A program made the translations under genes and the position numbers. Shown piece by piece: positions 20,274 to 29,833 of a stretch of 64,000 nucleotides of DNA (positions are counted from its first letter, which is position 1; the number at the start of each line of letters is the position of its first letter). The DNA is from Cyanobacteria bacterium P01_A01_bin.123. GTDB lineage: Bacteria > Cyanobacteriota > Cyanobacteriia > Phormidesmidales > Phormidesmidaceae. The notes under the pieces were generated by a model, which saw only the letters and a program-made list of their open reading frames with translations, searched no databases and had not been told where the DNA came from. Where the stretch lies: the NCBI GenBank assembly GCA_039815185.1, contig JBCBZT010000029.1, positions 1 to 64,000 of the forward strand, in the 5' to 3' direction.

Positions 20274-21281
20274 TTATCTGCACCGCCCTAACTGATAGGC
20301 CTTCGGGCTCACCGCAAATTTCCGTCGAAATGCAGTGCTAAATGCTTCTGGGTTGCGGTAGCCTACCTGGGCCGCTACCTGGGCAACTGTTAGTTCAGAT
20401 TGCTGAAGCAGGTGTTGTGCTTGTGCCATCCGGCAATCACGTAAATACCCAAACACCGTCGTCCCAAACAAGTGACGAAACCCTTGCTTGAGGGTGCAGT
20501 CATTTAGTCCAACCCGACGTGCTAGTGCCATCAACGAAGGGGGGGTACATAAGTGCTGCACTAAAATATCCCGGGCATATTGCACCCGCTCTAGGTCATC
20601 AGCCTTCAGTGTGGATTGCCTGGGGGGAGGTGAGTCAGCTTCAAGATAGGCAAACTGCAGTGCCAATAACTCCAGCGCCTTGCTTTCCAGATACAGTTGT
20701 TGCCCGGAGCCATGATAGGGACAGTGGAGAATTTGCTGTAGCACCCGGCTCATCGCCAGCGTCATTTTTCCCAGGGGTTGATGAAACCGTCTACTGCCTT
20801 GCATCAAGCGCTGCAAAGGATGAGGCAAGCCATTATCAGTGGGATTGAGCCCTTGGAAGTAGTTAGCGTTGGCATAAATCATCACCATCTGGAGGGGCGT
20901 ATCCGCTGGATATTCTTCTGACTCGGTTAAATCAGGCAAATGGTAGAGGTAGTTATACCCAGTGACTTCTTCATAGTTAGCTTCAATCTCTGGTGTATTG
21001 TTTGTTTTTACACCACAATCCCCCGACAGGAAGAATTTGGCTGTCACTGGAAACGCCGAGTTGTGATGTCGTTGTATGGTCAAGGGCTGCCAAAATTGAC
21101 CGCTGAAAATTTCAATGGTTAGGCCCCCTCGTAAATCAATAAAGCGGCTAAACCCTTCCCCATACTGTTTCGGCAAGCTATATCGATCGCCAAATTCGAT
21201 GGTTTGATGGATCCGCTCACCCTGCTGCTGGGCTTGTGTTCTTAAGTCTTCAATGTCTAGTTCAGTCAGCTTAGTTGTCAT
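20274..21281 (-). CDS. AraC family transcriptional regulator, cassette 4
   Basis: AraC HTH motifs. Fur-like TAATGAGAATGAGTTCTATT upstream, near 21308..21327. Confidence 0.93.
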   Translation of the reverse strand: MTTKLTELDIEDLRTQAQQQGERIHQTIEFGDRYSLPKQYGEGFSRFIDLRGGLTIEIFSGQFWQPLTIQRHHNSAFPVTAKFFLSGDCGVKTNNTPEIEANYEEVTGYNYLYHLPDLTESEEYPADTPLQMVMIYANANYFQGLNPTDNGLPHPLQRLMQGSRRFHQPLGKMTLAMSRVLQQILHCPYHGSGQQLYLESKALELLALQFAYLEADSPPPRQSTLKADDLERVQYARDILVQHLCTPPSLMALARRVGLNDCTLKQGFRHLFGTTVFGYLRDCRMAQAQHLLQQSELTVAQVAAQVGYRNPEAFSTAFRRKFAVSPKAYQLGRCR

Positions 21282-21555
21282 GTCAACTTAAAAGTTGCTT
21301 CGCTGCAAATAGAACTCATTCTCATTAGAATAACGGCATAGCAGCTTTCTGTAACCTACTATAGCGCTGGCCAGATTGCTTAATGCACCGAGTATCGCCA
21401 GGATGCTCAGTCCACAATCAATCTGGCTCGCGATAGCACACAAAGCTTTGTGGCTACCGCTATAAGTCACATCCCATTGACTAATCGACCTGTACCAAAT
21501 GGCTGACACGATATTGCTTAACAGATACAGGAGCTTCCCCAGAGTTCTTGGCCGT

Positions 21556-21924
21556 CATGACTGAGCCACAGATTTCGACATTTCAGCGGGCGGTACGAGA
21601 AATGTCTGCGGCTCAAACTGGGCAAAGGCTGAGGCCGGGCGGCGGTAGTAAAAGATATGGGCGCGATCGGGAATAGAGTAGTCTTGATTCAGGCGCGATC
21701 GCCATGGGGGAAACTCGAATGCCCTTAGCAAAGAGCTCGTGAAATAAATCGTGAATGGGTTGCAGGATTGGGTCGTGGTGAAAGCGTTCCTCTGTCCAGG
21801 GGAGGGGCAACTCCATCACCAGCCAATTGCCTGTCGGATTGGCGCTGCCGATGGGGTCTTCGCCGTTAGCTTTGGAAACTTCTGAACAGAATTTGCACGC
21901 TGCGGTTAAAGGGGAAGCAGTCAT
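21556..21924 (-). pseudogene. Sucrase/ferredoxin-like protein, frameshifted and truncated
   Basis: N-terminus CKFCSEVSKANGEDPIGSA...WLVMELPLPW is typical of this family. A frameshift near 21690 continues as QDYSIPDRAHIFYYRRPASAFAQFE and then stops; no C-terminal domain. Confidence 0.65.
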
Positions 21925-21939
21925 GGCAACTATCTAAAA

Positions 21940-22208
21940 TTATTGGGCGGGAAGAAGTTGAGCTCTTAATTCATTAAGATACAACTCGGTGCCGATGGGG
22001 CCGGGTAACCCCAAACACAAATAAGCGGGAATAAAGTATACGCGTCCGGCTTTACTGGCATTTAGGGACTGGGCGATCGCATTTTTCTGCCACTGCTGCT
22101 GGAGACTCTGAAGCTGATGCTACACAAAATCATTTTGAGAAAGGGACTCGTACTGAGCTGCGTTAGCTGCGTTGCCCAAAATCAAGTCTGGTTCAACTTT
22201 GGCGATCG
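21940..22208 (-). pseudogene. Remnant of a siderophore-binding protein gene
   Basis: Translates IAKVEPDLILGNAANAAQYESLSQNDFV*HQLQSLQQQWQKNAIAQSLNASKAGRVYFIPAYLCLGLPGPIGTELYLNELRAQLL. No start, a large internal deletion and an in-frame stop. Confidence 0.85.
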
Positions 22209-22256
22209 TGGCCCGTCTCAGCCTGAACATCGATGACGCCGACATCGACTATATTG

Positions 22257-23591
22257 CTATCCAACATCGCTGAGCTCGACCTGCCGCAATCTACGTATCC
22301 TGTAACCTCCTACAGCAACCAGCACACCACAGCTCGCAAATAGCGTCATCTGCAATGCCATGCCAGCACCATGGCCAGTCCCGAAGATACCGCCGAAAAC
22401 TTGGGACAGGGTCTGACTGGGTTGCATCGCAGGTTCAAAGACGTGATCAGCTAGGGGGCCTGAAATTGCCGCACCTAGCGGCGTAGCCAGTTGCGTTAGC
22501 AAAAAGCGAGTGGCAAACACCCGCCCTTGTACCTCTGGTTCTACCTTGGCTCGCCAAATTGCCTGACTACAACTGCCCGGAAACGGTGAACAAAACCCAC
22601 TCACCAATGCCGTTCCCATTTTGGTGGCGGTGTTCTGAGCCAGCGCCAGCACGATCAGTCCCCCTTTCCAAATCGCGCTGGCGATCAACACGCCATTAAT
22701 GCGCCGCTTTGGCCCGCCCCAAAGGCTGAGGGTCAATCCACCTAGTACCCCACCAATCCCAAAGCAGGAAAACAGCGTTCCCACCATCGCAGCGTCGCTC
22801 CCGCTGCGAGCCAACACCATCGGCGGCAACAGGCTAAAGCTAGCACTGTCGATAAAGTTGCTAATCAAGAAAAAGCTTAGGAGCGTTCTTAGATTCGGGC
22901 GCTGCCATAGATAGCGGATGCCAAAGGTCAACTGTTGCCAAACCGTTTCTGAGGCTGCTGACTGATGGGGAAGGGGCTCGGTTTGGGGAGGCTGCGGGAT
23001 CGCAACCAGGCTAAGGGTGGCGATCGCGATCGCAAATGTCACCAGATCAATCACAAGAATCCCTTCAAGCCCGGTAATGGCATAAATGCTCCCGGCAATG
23101 GCCGGAGCAACAATATAGCTACCCGATAACTGCAAGGATTCAAAGGCAGAAGCCCGAGCATAGTGCTGTTCTGGCACGATGAGTGATATCGAGGTCGAGT
23201 GTGCCAACCCTTGAATGTAGCCAAACAACCCATTGATCGCGCCAGAGACATAGAGATGCCAAATATGCAGATGATCCGTCAGCAACAGGGACAAGATGGC
23301 GATGGTAGAGAGCCCCGCGACTGAGTCACCCAGTAGCATCAGCGTTTTGCGATTGAACTGATCCACCCAGATGCCAGCAATGGGCGAAATCAACAGCCTG
23401 GGAATCTGCGTCGCCACCAAGATGAAGGCTAGGGGAGTGGCTTGACCCGTGACTTCCCAAGCCCAAATGGTGATGGCAAAGTTGGTCATTTCAGAGCCGA
23501 GTAGGGAGGCGAATTGACCCAGCCAAATGGTTAAAAAGGTTTGCACGGTAGTGGATGGCTCCTCATGGCTCCCACAGGCCTTGTTGCTCAA
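22257..23591 (-). CDS. MFS transporter (EntS/macrolide-efflux-like)
   Basis: About 12 hydrophobic segments, FLTIWLGQFASLLG, GIWVDQFNRK, VQGRVFA. The real start is probably the GTG of VQTF. Confidence 0.88.
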   Translation of the reverse strand: MSNKACGSHEEPSTTVQTFLTIWLGQFASLLGSEMTNFAITIWAWEVTGQATPLAFILVATQIPRLLISPIAGIWVDQFNRKTLMLLGDSVAGLSTIAILSLLLTDHLHIWHLYVSGAINGLFGYIQGLAHSTSISLIVPEQHYARASAFESLQLSGSYIVAPAIAGSIYAITGLEGILVIDLVTFAIAIATLSLVAIPQPPQTEPLPHQSAASETVWQQLTFGIRYLWQRPNLRTLLSFFLISNFIDSASFSLLPPMVLARSGSDAAMVGTLFSCFGIGGVLGGLTLSLWGGPKRRINGVLIASAIWKGGLIVLALAQNTATKMGTALVSGFCSPFPGSCSQAIWRAKVEPEVQGRVFATRFLLTQLATPLGAAISGPLADHVFEPAMQPSQTLSQVFGGIFGTGHGAGMALQMTLFASCGVLVAVGGYRIRRLRQVELSDVG

Positions 23592-23644
23592 GCTGTTGGG
23601 AGACGATGTCTCAATGAGCTTAGGTTAGGCGGGGGGTAGATCCC

Positions 23645-23696
23645 TAGGGATTTTGGCTCCGAAACGCATTTTTTTTGAGCCCAGGACGCATTTTTT
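23645..23696 (-). promoter_or_regulatory. Conserved box TAGGGATTTTG-N6-AAAYGCATTTTT upstream of the MFS gene
   Basis: The same motif occurs at 27423..27452 and 32607..32637 upstream of receptors 5 and 6. ACGCATTTTT repeats at a 22-bp period here. Confidence 0.6.
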
Positions 23697-24735
23697 AATT
23701 GCCCATATACGCCAATAAATCGTCCAGGATGAGATTAGCTGCGATGTAGTTACCCAGTGCCCAGTGGGGGCCAACTTCGTAAATCTGGTTGGTCTGCACT
23801 GCCTTGAGCTGAGGCCAAAGGGGGCTGGCCTGGACGCGATCAATTTCAGCTCGGACTCCGGCGGCGAGTTCAGTCACGCTCTGCGGTGTCAGCAAAAACA
23901 TGACATCGCCATCAATTTCATCTAGGGACTCTAAGGAAATATTGCGTAGACCGGGGCCTTCCGCCTGCCCTGGAGGGCGCGATAGTCCAGCCTCTTCTAA
24001 GACGGTACCGGGGAACGACGCTTTGGCCAGGGTGCGAATCTGCCCAGGAGAAATAAACACTACAGATGCCTGGATTTGTGCTGCGTCTGGGGGGAGTTGG
24101 GCTATGAATTGCTGCAGCTTGGCTTCGTAGTCCGTAGATAGCTTTTGAGCTTCTGCTTGTTTTCCCAACACGTCTCCACACAGACGAGTCAACTCTCGCC
24201 ATTCGAGTCTTTCATCAATATCAAAAACGACCGTTGGGGCAATCTGTGACAAGCGGGGATAGTTATCGCCGACAACGGGTTGAGTGGTTAAGATCAAGTC
24301 TGGTTTAAGCACCGCGATCGCTTCAAGATTAGGCTGCCCAGACGCATCGATATCTGTGATTGCCGTTGCATCTAAAGCGAGATGCATCATCTCATTCACC
24401 ATAATACCGGGCATGCCGATGGGCTGTATTCCCAGGGCCACCACAGCTTCAACTAGGGTATATCCCCAAACGACAACCCGAGAGGGATGGGTGGGCACCT
24501 CTGTTTCACCCAGTGCGTGTTGTACGCGTTTAACGGCACCGGATGTTGAGGCACCGGATGTTGAGGCATTGGATATAACTTCTGATTGACGGCTGCGTGT
24601 ACAGGCAGCCACTAGGGTAGCTGCGCCCATGAGCATCAGAAATCGGCGTTGACGATTTACACCCTGCTTAGGGCGACGGGGAAGATAAGCCTGAATCGCT
24701 TGAATAATAGTCTGCACAGATGGCCTCCTACTCAA
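23695..24735 (-). CDS. Iron-siderophore substrate-binding lipoprotein, cassette 5 (possible Tat signal)
   Basis: QRRFL...VAAC, HALGETEVPTHPSRVVV, PNLEAIAVLKPDLIL, LWPQLKAVQTNQIY. The real start is probably downstream of the TTG. Confidence 0.9.
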   Translation of the reverse strand: MSRRPSVQTIIQAIQAYLPRRPKQGVNRQRRFLMLMGAATLVAACTRSRQSEVISNASTSGASTSGAVKRVQHALGETEVPTHPSRVVVWGYTLVEAVVALGIQPIGMPGIMVNEMMHLALDATAITDIDASGQPNLEAIAVLKPDLILTTQPVVGDNYPRLSQIAPTVVFDIDERLEWRELTRLCGDVLGKQAEAQKLSTDYEAKLQQFIAQLPPDAAQIQASVVFISPGQIRTLAKASFPGTVLEEAGLSRPPGQAEGPGLRNISLESLDEIDGDVMFLLTPQSVTELAAGVRAEIDRVQASPLWPQLKAVQTNQIYEVGPHWALGNYIAANLILDDLLAYMGN

Positions 24736-27293
24736 AACTCAACCGAGAAGGAGCCAATAATCGTAAACCCTTCGCCCGGTCGATTTTCAATAAACCTGGT
24801 ACCTTCAGAACTGTCGATGTAGTTCACATCAAATAGATTGCGAATGTTGAGCGCAGCTCGCCAGTTGTCTCGTTGATAGGAGATCGCTGCGTTGGTTAGG
24901 AAGTATTCCTCTAGCAGATAGCTGTTGGCATTGTCGCCAAAGCGATCGCTGACGTAGTTGAAACCGATGCCAAACCCTAAACCCGCCAAATCTCCCTGCT
25001 GAATTTCATAGATCGTCCACAGGTTGACATTGTGTTCAGGGACGCCAAAAATCCGATTGCCCGCCAGACCCTCATTGTCTTGGGTGATGTCTGCATCGGT
25101 ATAGGCATAGTTCGCAACGATGTTCCAGCCGGGTAGGATTTCACCAATGACATCGAGTTCAACCCCCTGGCTCCGCTGCTCACCCGTCGCCACAGAAAAG
25201 AATTGCCCCGGCGGAGAATTGGGATCCGTGGTAGCCACGTTCTGTTTTGTCAGGTGAAACAACGCCAGATTAGCCGATAGTCGGCCCCCTAGGAGTTCTG
25301 CTCTAGCCCCGACTTCAAACTGCTGTCCGCGTTCAGGGGCCAGTAACTCTCCAAAGCGATCAGTCCCTGAATTGGGCGCAAATGACGTGCTGTAGCTGGT
25401 GTACAAAGCAAGGGGGTCAATCGGCTGATACACAATCCCAAGTCTGGGTGTAAACGCCTCGTTACTTTGGCTGTCACGGGTGCCTAAGTCAAAATTTTCT
25501 GAGGTCTCAGTGACGGTATCGTAACGCAGACCGGCTAAGAGAAATAGGTTGTCTAGCAGGGTGATTTGATCTTGGATATAGATGCCGAGATTGTTCGTCT
25601 GAGTTTCAACGGTTTGAGGGGCGGGGTCGTTAAAACTGTCGGGTCTGGATGTGAGCCCGTATACCGGATTGAAAATGTTAAACAGGGGCTGTGGCGTCTG
25701 GTCAATTCGCCTAAAGGTATCTGCATCTCGTCGATATAAATCGACGCCAATCAGGAGGGTATGATCAATCGAGCCCGTGGCAAACTCCCCCACCACATTG
25801 GTTTGTAACTCATAGCTATCAGCGGGTTGAGCATTTTGAATCCAAACCCGAAATAGATCTCCGGTGTTTTCGTTCACCTGGGCAGTTGTGTTAGACACAA
25901 AGTTGTTCTCAAAGCTGACATAGCGAAAGCGATTGCGAATTTGCCAGTTATCGCTGAGGCGATGTTCAAACTGATACCCCACCCGCAGGAATTCATTTGA
26001 GGCGTTGTCGCCGGGTTCACCTGTAATGCGATCAAACGGCACAGCTGCAACGCGATCGCCAATGGCAGGCAACCCGCCAAAATCTGCCGGACGGTCTTCG
26101 CTGCTATATTCCAGTTCGAGGGTCAGGTCGCTGCGATCGCTAATGGCCCAGCTAATCACTGGCGCAATAAAGAATCGCTCCACCGGGACGTCAAAATCCC
26201 GATGATAGTCCTCATTGCGATACAGCGCATTTAAGCGATACAGCAGCCGCCCATCATCAGTCAGTGGCCCAGAAATGTCGATGCTGGGTTCAAGCAACTG
26301 CCGATTGCCCGCTCGAAAGCTCAGTTCATAAAACGGTTCGGAGAGCGGCTGTTCGGTAACCAGATTAATTGCGCCCCCCGGCTCTAGCGCGCCCGCTAAA
26401 ATTGCCGCCGGCCCTTTGAGCACCTCAACTCGCTCAACGTTAGCAAGCTCCTGAAAGCCCGCATTGCCAGTACTCCCATTGGTCAATCGAAATCCATCCC
26501 GCAGAATAGACGAACTGCTAAATCCCCGAATAATAAATCGCTGCCCGCGCTGATCATTAGAGTTGGACACCACACCACTGGCATTTCGCAGGGCATCATT
26601 CAGGCGAATCACCTGTTGATCTTCTAACACCGCCTGGGGAATCACCTGAATCGATTGGGGAATTTCGTCTAGCGGGGTATCCGTGCGCGTGGCGGTCGTG
26701 GCAGTGGGCACGACATAATCATTCTGATCTCCCGTCACCACAATTTGAATCGCATCATCTGCCTCCCCTATCTGCGCCACGCCTGGGGTAATTCTCAGGG
26801 TTAAACCTGTTTCAGCCAGACTCACCGCTGCCGTGGGCGGCGCATCAGTGCCGGTAATGGCAATTTGCACCCGGTCACCCGGCAACGCAGTCGCCTGCAC
26901 CAAGGCAATTCCCTCAGCCGGTTCAAATTCCTGAAGCTGTTCTGGCAGAACGGCATTCGCAATCTCAAGGATCAGGGCATTCCCCGACACCGTTGTGGTG
27001 GGGGCCATCAGTGCTCCTCCTCTGGTCTCTAAGATTACCTGCAACCCTGTTGCCGTTGACGCTAAGCGAATGCCCGTAATCTGCACCAGCGTGGCTTCGA
27101 TTTGGGCCACCCAGTCTGCAAGGGTGGTGGCAGATGGGTGAGATATCTCCTCCCCCTCTGCACGGATGAGCGTGCCAACCCCTCCCGTCTCGGACGGCAA
27201 TTGTGCTGATGCTGCTTCTGCAATCACAGCTGAACTCCCTGCTATGGCCAAGAATGCCAGCAGATTTAGCCCTAGTAACGACTTTCCCATCAT
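24732..27293 (-). CDS. TonB-dependent siderophore receptor, cassette 5
   Basis: Plug and barrel motifs; ends SVEF. Confidence 0.95.
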   Translation of the reverse strand: MMGKSLLGLNLLAFLAIAGSSAVIAEAASAQLPSETGGVGTLIRAEGEEISHPSATTLADWVAQIEATLVQITGIRLASTATGLQVILETRGGALMAPTTTVSGNALILEIANAVLPEQLQEFEPAEGIALVQATALPGDRVQIAITGTDAPPTAAVSLAETGLTLRITPGVAQIGEADDAIQIVVTGDQNDYVVPTATTATRTDTPLDEIPQSIQVIPQAVLEDQQVIRLNDALRNASGVVSNSNDQRGQRFIIRGFSSSSILRDGFRLTNGSTGNAGFQELANVERVEVLKGPAAILAGALEPGGAINLVTEQPLSEPFYELSFRAGNRQLLEPSIDISGPLTDDGRLLYRLNALYRNEDYHRDFDVPVERFFIAPVISWAISDRSDLTLELEYSSEDRPADFGGLPAIGDRVAAVPFDRITGEPGDNASNEFLRVGYQFEHRLSDNWQIRNRFRYVSFENNFVSNTTAQVNENTGDLFRVWIQNAQPADSYELQTNVVGEFATGSIDHTLLIGVDLYRRDADTFRRIDQTPQPLFNIFNPVYGLTSRPDSFNDPAPQTVETQTNNLGIYIQDQITLLDNLFLLAGLRYDTVTETSENFDLGTRDSQSNEAFTPRLGIVYQPIDPLALYTSYSTSFAPNSGTDRFGELLAPERGQQFEVGARAELLGGRLSANLALFHLTKQNVATTDPNSPPGQFFSVATGEQRSQGVELDVIGEILPGWNIVANYAYTDADITQDNEGLAGNRIFGVPEHNVNLWTIYEIQQGDLAGLGFGIGFNYVSDRFGDNANSYLLEEYFLTNAAISYQRDNWRAALNIRNLFDVNYIDSSEGTRFIENRPGEGFTIIGSFSVEF

Positions 27294-27452
27294 CTCCTGT
27301 CCACACCTTTGCTGAAATGCGATCGCCCCTCAACAGCGCCCTCAAAAGCCGCTGCACAACTCAATCGTTGAGTTTGAAGCGAATCATTCTCAGTTAGAGT
27401 ATGAGAATTGCCAATGATGTTCTAGGGATTTTGGGCCGGAAATGCATTTTTT

Positions 27453-27601
27453 GGCGTTGCTGAATAGCGGTATGATTTAGCCCCCCTAGCCCCCCAATTC
27501 TGGGGGGAATAAACCTTGCAAAGTCCCCCAGAATTGGGGGATTTAGGGGGCAATGCAGAGTGCATCACTGTAGCAAATCCATCTCTTGATTCAGCAACGT
27601 C
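27453..27601. mobile_element. 149-bp MITE-like insertion with an internal GC-rich palindrome
   Basis: 13-bp terminal inverted repeats (GGCGTTGCTGAAT / ATTCAGCAACGTC) flanked by an 8-bp duplication CATTTTTT (27445..27452 and 27602..27609). Absent from the paralogous intergenic region at 32607..32645. Confidence 0.75.
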
Positions 27602-27607
27602 CATTTT

Positions 27608-28696
27608 TTAACTGGCGCATTTTTGCAATTGCATTTGCAGCGCTTTGGGGTTGAGGCCAATCCGTTGACGAAAGGCCATGGCAAAGCGATTGCGATTGGT
27701 ATACCCAACGGCTGCTGAGATATTGCCGACTGACAGGTCTGATGTGAGCAACAGCCGATAGGCTTCTCTCATCCGATGGTTGCGTAAATAGCCAAATGGC
27801 GTAGTGCCATACACAACATGAAACCCTTGGTACAGCTTGAGGCGATTGGTGCAAACTTGCCGGGCCAGGGCTTCTACAGTAGGGGGATCAATCATTTGCT
27901 TTCTTAAGATGAATGCGGCCTGGTAAATACAATCTAGATCAACGTCATCGTCGTGAGATTGCAACATTGCTTCCAGATAGAGGGACACTAAACTCAGGGC
28001 TTTTCGCCTGAGATAGGTGCGACGAGTGGAGTCCCGATAAGGGCAGTTGAGAATCTGGTGGGTGACCTGTTGCATGGCTGGTGTGGTGACGCTGCGAGCG
28101 GCATAACCCAGATCATGGGCCTCAGCATAGAGGGCATTGGGCAATGTCTGCTCTGCACTGCGATAGGCATTGATGGCAAATTTGCGATCCAGAATTCGGC
28201 CCAACATTTCACTCGGGGACAAGCTAGATCCTTTTTGTCCCCGTCGATACACAAATTGCAAAACCCGCCTAGCGATCGTTTGAGTTTGAGGGGGTAGTCG
28301 CTCCACATAGGCCTGAAAATAACTCACCAGGGCAGGTTGTTTGAAGATAACCTCAACCTCAAACGTTCGTTTTCGGGCAGGCATGATATAGACACTCTGC
28401 CCCCTAAAACGGGGAATAAAAAAAGTATGTCCAGCCTCTAAACCCGTTAGGCGAGACTCAAATTTGAGGCAATTGACGTTGTCAACACCCTCGACTATCA
28501 CATCCCGATGCATTGTGTAGCTCACAATGGCAAGGGTTAAATCATCTCGCAACGGAATTTCTTGTCGATAGCCTTGCCCTAGCGGATAGACCCAAATGCG
28601 ATCATCAGGCTCTGAATGCAGCAGTCGCGGATCATCTGGGCTACCGGGTGAAAGCCAGTTTGGATCATGTTTTGAGATCAATTGGGGTGGCGTCAT
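27608..28696 (-). CDS. AraC family transcriptional regulator, cassette 5
   Basis: PPTVEALARQVCTNRLKL...YGTTPFGYL; VGYTNRNRFAMAFRQ. Confidence 0.92.
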   Translation of the reverse strand: MTPPQLISKHDPNWLSPGSPDDPRLLHSEPDDRIWVYPLGQGYRQEIPLRDDLTLAIVSYTMHRDVIVEGVDNVNCLKFESRLTGLEAGHTFFIPRFRGQSVYIMPARKRTFEVEVIFKQPALVSYFQAYVERLPPQTQTIARRVLQFVYRRGQKGSSLSPSEMLGRILDRKFAINAYRSAEQTLPNALYAEAHDLGYAARSVTTPAMQQVTHQILNCPYRDSTRRTYLRRKALSLVSLYLEAMLQSHDDDVDLDCIYQAAFILRKQMIDPPTVEALARQVCTNRLKLYQGFHVVYGTTPFGYLRNHRMREAYRLLLTSDLSVGNISAAVGYTNRNRFAMAFRQRIGLNPKALQMQLQKCAS

Positions 28697-28772
28697 GACA
28701 GCAGATGCAAGATCCTATGCAGATTAATGGGAATTTTTTGCATCATTATGCCATGGGTACTTGCTGTACTGC

Positions 28773-29816
28773 TCAACGATTCAAAAGCAACTGGCGCAAG
28801 TCGTCCAAAATCAGCTCGGTGCCAATGGGGCCGTTTAATCCATTCCACTTGTAGTAAGTTGCGAAATAGACTTGATCTGCTTTAGTGGCGGTAAGCGATT
28901 GAGCGATCGCATTTTCGGCCCAATCCTGCTGAATGCCAGCCGTTTGAAGCCGCAGTAATTCATCAGTCTCAACCGTTTTAGCCGCCTGAACAGTATCCAA
29001 GTCATAGCCCAGTACAAAAATATGATCAGCCTCGTCAAGCTCTGGCAAGGCTTCTATAGACAGTGGGGCAGAATTGCCATTGCTAGGGGGAGCCACCAGT
29101 TCAAAGCCCAAGCTTTCCATCAGCTCGCCAAGGTAGCTGCGGGGGGTAATCGCAATTAAGTTACCGCTATTGAGTCGGTCGGCCCCTAACACCAGCGCTT
29201 TAGGCGAAGCGGCAATCACCTGATGGAGGTCTTTGCGAGCAGCAGCCACAAGCTTGTCATACTCAGCGATTGCCTCCTCTGCACGATTTTCATCACCCAA
29301 TGCCTGCGCTAGAGTGCGAATATTCTGCTGCCACTGGCCCAACTGTGTCCGCACATCCCAAAGTAGGGTAGGTGCGATTTGGGCAAGTAGATCGTAATTG
29401 TCTCGGTTCCGTCCCGCCTCCCCCACAATCAAATCGGGTTTGAACTGGGCCAGCAATTCTAGGGAAGGTGCATTACCACTGCCGACGTTGATCGGTTGAG
29501 TGGTCACAAATTGTCCTAAGTAGGGAATTTGCGTTTCGGGTTGGTCAATCTGCTCCCCAGTGGAAAGCGGCAAGATACTCCCAAAGCCAGCGGGTTGTTC
29601 CCCGAGAGAGAGTAATAGATCCAAAGAATGTGCTCCCAAGACAACAACTTTTTGCGGCTGGCCACAGATTTCCACGTCACCCAAAGCATGGGAGACGATG
29701 TGGCAATCTGTCGCTGTGGGTGCTGGTGATGAACTGCTGCTGCAAGCGATGACGGTAAAAGTGACCAACAGCGATAGCAGCCAATGCTGAAAATGACGCA
29801 GGGATATCGTGGACAT
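28773..29816 (-). CDS. Iron-siderophore substrate-binding lipoprotein, cassette 6
   Basis: Lipobox VIAC, PSLELLAQFKPDLIVG, LAQIAPT. Confidence 0.92.
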   Translation of the reverse strand: MSTISLRHFQHWLLSLLVTFTVIACSSSSSPAPTATDCHIVSHALGDVEICGQPQKVVVLGAHSLDLLLSLGEQPAGFGSILPLSTGEQIDQPETQIPYLGQFVTTQPINVGSGNAPSLELLAQFKPDLIVGEAGRNRDNYDLLAQIAPTLLWDVRTQLGQWQQNIRTLAQALGDENRAEEAIAEYDKLVAAARKDLHQVIAASPKALVLGADRLNSGNLIAITPRSYLGELMESLGFELVAPPSNGNSAPLSIEALPELDEADHIFVLGYDLDTVQAAKTVETDELLRLQTAGIQQDWAENAIAQSLTATKADQVYFATYYKWNGLNGPIGTELILDDLRQLLLNR

Positions 29817-29833
29817 CGTGGATAGCTATGTAA

